Shown here piece by piece: positions 13,911-25,766 of a DNA stretch of 64,000 nt. The first letter of the stretch is position 1. Every line of letters starts with the position of its first letter. Under the pieces are notes generated by a model that was not told the origin of the DNA, ran no database searches, and was given only the letters and a program-made list of their open reading frames with translations. The DNA comes from the human T2T-CHM13v2.0 reference genome, Homo sapiens, in assembly GCF_009914755.1 (NCBI RefSeq), contig NC_060925.1; one strand, 5' to 3'. Both the position numbers and the translations under genes were made by a program.

Positions 13911-16900
13911 CAATGAACTCGAATGGAATCATCATTGAATGGAATCGAATGGAATCATCGAGTGGAATCGAATGGAATTATGATCAAATGGAATCGAATG
14001 TAATCCTCATCAAATGGAATCAAAAATAACCATCATCAATTGGTATTGAATGGAATTGTCATCAAATGGAATTCAAAGGAATCATCATCAAATGGAACCG
14101 AATGGAATCCTCATTGAATGGAAATGAAAGGGGTCATCATCTAATGGAATCGCATGGAATCATCATCAAATGGAATCGAATGGAATCATCATCAAATGGA
14201 ATCTAATGGAATCATTGAACAGAATTGAATGGAATCGTCATCGAATGAATTGAATGCAATCATCGAATGGTCTCGAATGGAATCATCTTCTAATGGAAAG
14301 GAATGGAATCATCGCATAGAATCGAATGGAATTATCATCGAATGGAATCGAATGGTATCAACACCAAACGGAAAAAAACGGAATTATCGAATGGAATCGA
14401 AGAGAATCTTCGAACGGACCCGAATGGAATCATCTAATGGAATGGAATGGAATAATCCATGGACTCGAATGCAATCATCATCGAATGGAATCGAATGGAA
14501 TCATCGAATGGACTCGAATGGAATAATCATTGAACGGAATCGAATGGAATCATCATCGGATGGAAACGAATGGAATCATCATCGAATGGAAATGAAAGGA
14601 GTCATCATCTAATGGAATTGCATGGAATCATCATAAAATGGAATCGAATGGAATCAACATCAAATGGAATCAAATGGAATCATTGAACGGAATTGAATGA
14701 AATCGTCATCGAATGAATTGAATGCAATCATCGAATGGTCTCGAATGGAATCATCTTCAAATGGAATGGAATGGAATCATCGCATAGAATCGAATGGAAT
14801 TATCATCGAATGGAATCGAATGGAATCAACATCAAACGGAAAAAAAAGTAATTATCGAATGGAATCGAAGAGAATCATCGAATGGACCCGAATGGAATCA
14901 TCTAATGGAATGGAATGGAATAATCCATGGACTCGAATGCAATCATCATCGAATGGAATCGAATGTAATCATCGAATGGACTCGAATGGAATAATCATTG
15001 AACGGAATCGAATGGAATCATCATCGGATGGAAATGAATGGAATCATCATCGAATGGAATCGAATAGAATTATGGAATGAAATCCAGTGTGATCATCATC
15101 GAATGGACCCGAATGGAATCATCATCCAACGGAAGCTAATGGAATCAACATCGAATGAATCAAATGGAAACACCATCGAATTGAAACGAATGGAATTACC
15201 ATGAAATTGAAATGGATGGACTCATCATCAAATGGATTCGAGTTGAATCATCGAATAAAATTGATTGAAATCATCATCGAATGGAATCGAATGGTATCAT
15301 TGAATGGAATCGAATGGAATCATCATCAGATGGAAATGAAAGGAATCGTCATAGAATGGAATCGAATGGATTCATTGAATGGAATCAGATGGAATCATTG
15401 AATGGACTGGAATGGAATCATTGAATGGACTCGAAAGGGATCATGATTGAATGGAATTGAATGGAATCATCGAATGGTCTCGATTGGAATCATTATCAAA
15501 TGGAATCGAATGGAATCACCGAATAGAATCGAATGGAACAATCATCTAATGGACTCAAATGGAATTATCCTCAAATGGAATCGAATGGAATTATCGAATG
15601 CAATCGAATGGAATTATCGAATGCAATCGAAGAGAATCATCGAATGGACTCGAATGGAATCATCGAATGGAATGGAATGGAACAGTCAATGAACTCGAAT
15701 GGAATCATCATTGAATGGAATCGAATGGAATCATCGAGTGGAATCGAATGGAATTATGATCAAATGGAATCGAATGTAATCATCATCAAATGGAATCAAA
15801 AATAACCATCATCAATTGGTATTGAATGGAATTCTCATCAAATGGAATTCAAAGGAATCATCATCAAATGGAACCGAATGGAATCCTCATTGAATGGAAA
15901 TGAAAGGGGTCATCATCTAATGGAATCGCATGGAATCATCATCAAATGGAATCGAATGGAATCAACATCAAATGGAATCTAATGGAATCATTGAACGGAA
16001 TTGAATGGAATCGTCATCGAATGAATTGAATGCAATCATCGAATGGTCTCGAATGGAATCATCTTCAAATGGAATGGAATGGAATCATCGCATAGAATCG
16101 AATGGAATTATCATCGAATGGAATCGAATGGAATCAACATCAAACGGAAAAAAACGGAATTATCGAATGGAATCGAAGAGAATCATCGAATGGACCCGAA
16201 TGTTATCATCTAATGGAATGGAATGGAATAATCCATGGACTCGAATGCAATCATCATCGAATGGAATCGAATGGAATCATCGAATGGACTCGAATGGAAT
16301 AATCATTGAACGGAATCGAATGGAATCATCATCGGATGGAAACGAATGGAATCATCATCGAATGGAATCGAATAGATTTATGGAATGAAATCCAGTGTGA
16401 TCATCATCGAATGGACCCGAATGGAATCATCATCCAACGGAAGCTAATGGAATCAACATCGAATGAATCAAATGGAAACACCATCGAATTGAAACGAATG
16501 GAATTACCATGAAATTGAAATGGATGGACTCATCATCAAATGGATTCGAATGGAATCATCGAATAAAATTGATTGAAATCATCATCGAATGGAATCGAAA
16601 GGTATCATTGAATGGAATCGAATGGAATCATCATCAGATGGAAATGAATGGAATCGTCATAGAATGGAATCGAATGGATTCATTGAATGGAATCAGATGG
16701 AATCAATGAATGGACTGGAATGGAATCATTGAATGGACTCGAAAGGGATCATTATTGAATGGAATTGAATGGAATCATCGAATGGTCTCGATTGGAATCA
16801 TTATCAAATGGAATCGAATGGAATCACCGAATAGAATCGAATGGAACAATCATCGAATGGACTCAAATGGAATTATCCTCAAATGGAATCGAATGGAATT

Positions 16901-19088
16901 ATCGAATGCAATCGAATGGAATTATCGAATGCAATCGAATAGAATCATCAAATGGACTCGAATGGAATCATCGAATGGAATGGAATGGAACAGTCAATGA
17001 ACTCGAATGGAATCATCATTGAATGGAATCGAATGGAATCATCGAGTGGAATCGAATGGAATTATGATCAAATGGAATGGAATGTAATCATCATCAAATG
17101 GAATCAAAAATAACCATCATCAATTGGTATTGAATGGAATTGTCATCAAATGGAATTCAAAGGAATCATCATCAAATGGAACCGAATGGAATCCTCATTG
17201 AATGGAAATGAAAGGGGTCATCATCTAATGGAATCGCATGGAATCATCATCAAATGGAATCGAATGGAATCATCATCAAATGGAATCTAATGCAATCATT
17301 GAAAAGAATTGAATGGAATCGTCATCGAATGAATTGAATGCAATCATCGAATGGTCTCGAATGGAATCATCTTCTAATGGAAAGGAATGGAATCATCGCA
17401 TAGAATCGAATGGAATTATCATCGAATGGAATCGAATGGTATCAACACCAAACGGAAAAAAACGGAATTATCGAATGGAATCGAAGAGAATCTTCGAACG
17501 GACCCGAATGGAATCATCTAATGGAATGGAATGGAATAATCCATGGACTCGAATGCAGTCATCATCGAATGGAATCGAATGGAATCATCGAATGGACTCG
17601 AATGGAATAATCATTGAACGGAATCGAATGGAATCATCATCGGATGGAAATGAATGGAATCATCATCGAATGGAATCGAATAGAATTATGGAATGAAATC
17701 CAGTGTGATCATCATCGAATGGACCCGAATGGAATCTTCATCCAACGGAAGCTAATGGAATCAACATCGAATGAATCGAATGGAAACACCATCGAATTGA
17801 AACGAATGGAATTATCATGAAATTGAAATGGATGGACTCATCATCGAATGGATTCGAATGGAATCATCGAATAAAAGTGATTGAAATCATTATCGAATGG
17901 AATCGAATGGTATCATTGAATGGAATCGAATGGAATCATCATCAGATGGAAATGAATGGAATCGTCATAGAATGGAATCGAATGGATTCATTGAATGGAA
18001 TCAGATGGAATCATTGAATGGACTGGAATGGAATCATTGAATGGACTCGAAAGGGATCATTATTGAATGGAATTGAATGGAATCATCGAATGGTCTCGAT
18101 TGGAATCATTATCAAATGGAATCGAATGGAATCACCGAATAGAATCGAATGGAACAATCATCGAATGGACTCAAATGGAATTATCCTCCAATGGAATCGA
18201 ATGGAATTATCGAATGCAATCGAATGGAATTATCGAATGCAATCGAATAGAATCATCGAATGGACTCGAATGGAATCATCGAATGGAATGGAATGGAACA
18301 GTCAATGAACTCGAATGGAATCATCATTGAATGGAATCGAATGGAATCATCGAGTGGAATCGAAAGGAATTATGACCAAATGGAATCGAATGTAATCATC
18401 ATCAAATGGAATCAAAAATAACCATCATCAATTGGTATTGAATGGAATTGTCATCAAATGGAATTCAAAGGAATCATCATCAAATGGAACCGAATGGAAT
18501 CCTCATTGAATGGAAATGAAAGGGGTCATCATCTAATGGAATCGCATGGAATCATCATCAAATGGAATCGAATGGAATCATCATCAAATGGAATCAAATG
18601 GAATCATTGAACAGAATTGAATGGAATGGTCATCGAATGAGTTGAATGCAATCATCGAATTGTCTCGAATGGAATCATCTTCTAATGGAAAGGAATGGAA
18701 TCATCGCATAGAATCGAATGGAATTATCATCGAATGGAATCGAATGGTATCAACACCAAACGGAAAAAAACGGAATTATCGAATGGAATCGAAGAGAATC
18801 TTCGAACGGACCCGAATGGAATCATCTAATGGAATGGAATGGAATAATCCATGGACTCGAATGCAATCATCATCGAATGGAATCGAATGGAATCATCGAA
18901 TGGACTCGAATGGAATAATCATTGAACGGAATCGAATGGAATCATCATCGGATGGAAACGAATGGAATCATCATCGAATGGAAATGAAAGGAGTCATCAT
19001 CTAATGGAATTGCATGGAATCATCATAAAATGGAATCGAATGGAATCAACATCAAATGGAATCAAATGGAATCATTGAACGGAATTGA

Positions 19089-19530
19089 ATGGAATCGTCA
19101 TCGAATGAATTGAATGCAATCATCGAATGGTCTCGAATGGAATCATCTTCAAATGGAATGGAATGGAATCATCGCATAGAATCGAATGGAATTATCATCG
19201 AATGGAATCGAATGGAATCAACATCAAACGGAAAAAAACGGAATTATCGAATGGAATCGAAGAGAATCATCGAATGGACCCGAATGGAATCATCTAATGG
19301 AATGGAATGGAATAATCCATGGACTCGAATGCAATCATCATCGAATGGAATCGAATGGAATCATCGAATGGACTCGAATGGAATAATCATTGAACGGAAT
19401 CGAATGGAATCAATATCGGATGGAAATGAAAGGAGTCATCATCTAATGGAATTGCATGGAATCATCATAAAATGGAATCGAATGGAATCAACATCAAATG
19501 GAATCAAATGGAATCATTGAACGGAATTGA
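19089..19530 (+). repeat. First 442-bp variant subunit (468 minus one 26-bp monomer); 11 copies in the window
   Basis: The junction CGGATGGAAATGAAAGGAGTC replaces CGGATGGAAACGAATGGAATCATCATCGAATGGAAATGAAAGGAGTC. Subunits start near 19089, 20839, 24365, 30135, 32353, 40365, 42583, 50085, 54077, 59847 and 62065. Confidence 0.88.
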
Positions 19531-19809
19531 ATGGAATCGTCATCGAATGAATTGAAAGCAATCATCGAATGGTCTCGAATGGAATCATCTTCAAATGGAA
19601 TGGAATGGAATCATCGCATAGAATCGAATGGAATTATCATCGAATGGAATCGAATGGAATCAACATCAAACGGAAAAAAACGGAATTATCGAATGGAATC
19701 GAAGAGAATCATCGAATGGACCCGAATGGAATCATCTAATGGAATGGAATGGAATAATCCATGGACTCGAATGCAATCATCATCGAATGGAATCGAATGG
19801 AATCATCCA

Positions 19810-22800
19810 ATGGACTCGAATGGAATAATCATTGAACGGAATCAAATGGAATCATCATCGGATGGAAATGAATGGAATCGTCATCGAATGGAATCGAATA
19901 GAATTATGGAATGAAATCCAGTGTGATCATCATCGAATGGACCTGAATGGAATCATCATCCAACGGAAGCTAATGGAATCAACATCGAATGAATCAAATG
20001 GAAACACCATCGAATTGAAACGAATGGAATTACCATGAAATTGAAATGGATGGACTCATCATCGAATGGATTCGAATGGAATCATCGAATAAAATTGATA
20101 GAAATCATCATCGAATGGAATCGAATGGTATCATTGAATGGAATCGAATGGAATCATCATCAGATGGAAATGAATGGAATCGTCATAGAATGGAATCGAA
20201 TGGATTCATTGAATGGAATCAGATGGAATCATTGAATGGACTGTAATGGAATCATTGAATGGACTCGAAAGGGATCATTATTGAATGGAATTGAATCGAA
20301 TCATCGAATGGTCTCGATTGGAATCATTATCAAATGGAATCGAATGGAATCACCGAATAGAATCGAATGGAACAATCATCGAATGGACTCAAATGGAATT
20401 ATCCTCAAATGGAATCGAATGGAATTATCGAATGCAATCGAATGGAATTATCGAATGCAATCGAATAGAATCATCGAATGGACTCGAATGGAATCATCGA
20501 ATGGAATGGAATGGAACAGTCAATGAACTCGAATGGAATCATCATTGAATGGAATCGAATGGAATCATCGAGTGGAATCGAAAGGAATTATGACCAAATG
20601 GAATCGAATGTAATCATCATCAAATGGAATCAAAAATAACCATCATCAATTGGTATTGAATGGAATTGTCATGAAATGGAATTCAAAGGAATCATCATCA
20701 AATGGAACCGAATGGAATCCTCATTGAATGGAAATGAAAGGGGTCATCATCTAATGGAATCGCATGGAATCATCATCAAATGGAATCGAATGGAATCATC
20801 ATCAAATGGAATCTAATGGAATCATTGAAAAGAATTGAATGGAATCGTCATCGAATGAATTGAATGCAATCATCGAATGGTCTCGAATGGAATCATCTTC
20901 AAATGGAATGGAATGGAATCATCGCATAGAATCGAATGGAATTATCATCGAATGGAATCGAATGGAATCAACATCTAACGGAAAAAAACGGAATTATCGA
21001 ATGGAATCGAAGAGAATCATCGAATGGACCCGAATGGAATCATCTAATGGAATGGAATGGAATAATCCATGGACTCGAATGCAATCATCATCGAATGGAA
21101 TCGAATGGAATCATCGAATGGACTCGAATGGAATAATCATTGAACGGAATCGAATGGAATCATCATCGGATGGAAATGAAAGGAGTCATCATCTAATGGA
21201 ATTGCATGGAATCATCATAAAATGGAATCGAGTGGAATCAACATCAAATGGAATCAAATGGAATCATTGAACGGAATTGAATGGAATCGTCATCGAATGA
21301 ATTGAATGCAATCATCGAATGGTCTCGAATGGAATCATCTTCAAATGGAATGGAATGGAATCATCGCATAGAATCGAATGGAATTATCATCGAATGGAAT
21401 CGAATGGAATCAACATCAAACGGAAAAATACGGAATTATCGAATGGAATCGAAGAGAATCATCGAATGGACCCGAATGGAATCATCTAATGGAATGGAAT
21501 GGAATAATCCATGGACTCGAATGCAATCATCATCGAATGGAATCGAATGGAATCATCCAATGGACTCGAATGGAATAATCATTGAACGGAATCGAATGGA
21601 ATCATCATCGGATGGAAATGAATGGAATCATCATCGAATGGAATCGAATAGAATTATGGAATGAAATCCAGTGTGATCATCATCGAATGGACCCGAATGG
21701 AATCATCATCCAACGGATGCTAATGGAATCAACATCGAATGAATCAAATGGAAACACCATCGAATTGAAACGAATGGAATTACCATGAAATTGAAATGGA
21801 TGGACTCATCATCGAATGGATTCGAAAGGAATCATCGAATAAAATTGATTGAAATCATCATCGAATGGAATCGAATGGTATCATTGAATGGAATCGAATG
21901 GAATCATCATCAGATGGAAATGAATGGAATCGTCATAGAATGGAATCGAATGGATTCATTGAATGGAATCAGATGGAATCATCGAATGGACTGGAATGGA
22001 ATCATTGAATGGACTCGAAAGAGATCATGATTGAATGGAATTGAATGGAATCATCGAATGGTCTCGATTGGAATCATTATCAAATGGAATCGAATGGAAT
22101 CACCGAATAGAATCGAATGGAACAATCATCGAATGGACTCAAATGGAATTATCCTCAAATGGAATCGAATGGAATTATCGAATGCAATCGAATGGAATTA
22201 TCGAATGCAATCGAATAGAATCATCGAATGGACTCGAATGGAATCATCGAATGGAATGGAATGGAACAGTCAATGAACTCGAATGGAATCATCATTGAAT
22301 GGAATCGAATGGAATCATCGAGTGGAATCGAATGGAATTATGATCAAATGGAATCGAATGTAATCATCATCAAATGGAATCAAAAATAACCATCATCAAT
22401 TGGAATTGAATGGAATTGTCATCAAATGGATTTCAAAGGAAACATCATCAAATGGAACCGAATGGAATCCTCATTGAATGGAAATGAAAGGGGTCATCAT
22501 CTAATGGAATCACATGGAATCATCATCAAATGGAATCGAATGGAATCATCATCAAATGGAATCTAATGGAATCATTGAACAGAATTTAATGGAATCGTCA
22601 TCGAATGAATTGAATGCAATCATCGAATGGTCTCGAATGGAACCATCTTCTAATGGAAAGGAATGGAATCATCGCATAGAATCGAATGGAATTATCATCG
22701 AATGGAATCGAATGGTATCAACACCAAACGGAAAAAAACGGAATTATCGAATGGAATCGAAGAGAATCTTCGAACGGACCCGAATGGAATCATCTAATGG

Positions 22801-25766
22801 AATGGAATGGAAAAATCCATGGACTCGAATGCAATCATCATCGAATGGAATCGAATGGAATCATCGAATGGACTCGAATGGAATAATCATTGAACGGAAT
22901 CGAATGGAATCATCATCGGATGGAAACGAATGGAATCATCATCGAATGGGAATGAAAGGAGTCATCATCTAATGGAATTGCATGTAATCATCATAAAATG
23001 GAATCGAATGGAATCAACATCAAATGGAATCAAATGGAATCATTGAACGGAATTGAATGGAATCGTCATCGAATGAATTAAATGCAATCATCGAATGGTC
23101 TCGAATGGAATCATCTTCAAATGGAATGGAATGGAATCATCGCATAGAATCGAATGGAATTATCATCGAATGGAATCGAATGGAATCAACACCAAACGGA
23201 AAAAAACGGAATTATCGAATGGAATCGAAGAGAATCATCGAATGGACCCGAATGGAATCATCTAATGGAATGGAATGGAATAATCCATGGACTCGAATGC
23301 AATCATCATCGAATGGAATCGAATGGAATCATCGAATGGACTCGAATGGAATAATCATTGAACGGAATCAAATGGAATCACCATCGGATGGAAATGAATG
23401 GAATCGTCATCGAATGGAATCGAATAGAATTATGGAATGAAATCCAGTGTGATCATCATCGAATGGACCTGAATGGAATCATCATCCAACGGAAGCTAAT
23501 GGAATCAACATCGAATGAATCAAATGGAAACACCATCGAATTGAAACGAATGGAATTACCATGAAATTGAAATGGATGGACTCATCATCGAATGGATTCG
23601 AATGGAATCATCGAATAAAATTGATTGAAATCATCATCGAATGGAATCGAATGGTATCATTGAATGGAATCGAATGGAATCATCATCAGATGGAAATGAA
23701 TGGAATCGTCATAGAATGGAATCGAATGGATTCATTGAATGGAATCAGATGGAATCATTGAATGGACTGTAATGGAATCATTGAATGGACTCGAAAGGGA
23801 TCATTATTGAATGGAATTGAATCGAATCATCGAATGGTCTCGATTGGAATCATTATCAAATGGAATCGAATGGAATCACCGAATAGAATCGAATGGAACA
23901 ATCATCGAATGGACTCAAATGGAATTATCCTCCAATGGAATCGAATGGAATTATCGAATGCAATCGAATGGAATTATCGAATGCAATCGAATAGAATCAT
24001 CGAATGGACTCGAATGGAATCATCGAATGGAATGGAATGGAACAGTCAATGAACTCGAATGGAATCATCATTGAATGGAATCGAATGGAATCATCGAGTG
24101 GAATCGAAAGGAATTATGACCAAATGGAATCGAATGTAATCATCATCAAATGGAATCAAAAATACCCATCATCAATTGGTATTGAATGGAATTGTCATGA
24201 AATGGAATTCAAAGGAATCATCATCAAATGGAACCGAATGGAATCCTCATTGAATGGAAATGAAAGGGGTCATCATCTAATGGAATCGCATGGAATCATC
24301 ATCAAATGGAATCGAATGGAATCATCATCAAATGGAATCTAATGGAATCATTGAAAAGAATTGAATGGAATCGTCATCGAATGAATTGAATGCAATCATC
24401 GAATGGTCTCGAATGGAATCATCTTCAAATGGAATGGAATGGAATCATCGCATAGAATCGAATGGAATTATCATCGAATGGAATCGAATGGAATCAACAT
24501 CTAACGGAAAAAAACGGAATTATCGAATGGAATCGAAGAGAATCATCGAATGGACCCGAATGGAATCATCTAATGGAATGGAATGGAATAATCCATGGAC
24601 TCGAATGCAATCATCATCGAATGGAATCGAATGGAATCATCGAATGGACTCGAATGGAATAATCATTGAACAGAATCGAATGGAATCATCATCGGATGGA
24701 AATGAAAGGAGTCATCATCTAATGGAATTGCATGGAATCATCATAAAATGGAATCGAGTGGAATCAACATCAAATGGAATCAAATGGAATCATTGAACGG
24801 AATTGAATGGAATCGTCATCGAATGAATTGAATGCAATCATCGAATGGTCTCGAATGGAATCATCTTCAAATGGAATGGAATGGAATCATCGCATAGAAT
24901 CGAATGGAATTATCATCGAATGGAATCGAATGGAATCAACATCAAACGGAAAAATACGGAATTATCGAATGGAATCGAAGAGAATCATCGAATGGACCCG
25001 AATGGAATCATCTAATGGAATGGAATGGAATAATCCATGGACTCGAATGCAATCATCATCGAATGGAATCGAATGGAATCATCCAATGGACTCGAATGGA
25101 ATAATCATTGAACGGAATCGAATGGAATCATCATCGGATGGAAATGAATGGAATCATCATCGAATGGAATCGAATAGAATTATGGAATGAAATCCAGTGT
25201 GATCATCATCGAATGGACCCGAATGGAATCATCATCCAACGGATGCTAATGGAATCAACATCGAATGAATCAAATGGAAACACCATCGAATTGAAACGAA
25301 TGGAATTACCATGAAATTGAAATGGATGGACTCATCATCGAATGGATTCGAAAGGAATCATCGAATAAAATTGATTGAAATCATCATCGAATGGAATCGA
25401 ATGGTATCATTGAATGGAATCGAATGGAATCATCATCAGATGGAAATGAATGGAATCGTCATAGAATGGAATCGAATGGATTCATTGAATGGAATCAGAT
25501 GGAATCATCGAATGGACTGGAATGGAATCATTGAATGGACTCGAAAGAGATCATGATTGAATGGAATTGAATGGAATCATCGAATGGTCTCGATTGGAAT
25601 CATTATCAAATGGAATCGAATGGAATCACCGAATAGAATCGAATGGAACAATCATCGAATGGACTCAAATGGAATTATCCTCAAATGGAATCGAATGGAA
25701 TTATCGAATGCAATCGAATGGAATTATCGAATGCAATCGAATAGAATCATCGAATGGACTCGAATG
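19810..25766 (+). repeat. Local duplication, offset 3,526 bp (1750+1776): about 19810-22240 repeated at about 23336-25766
   Basis: Pairs 19832/23358, 20236/23762, 20839/24365, 21281/24807. Shared rare variants GACCTGAA, GACTGTAA, TTGAATCGAA, GTCATGAAA, ACATCTAACG. Confidence 0.82.
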
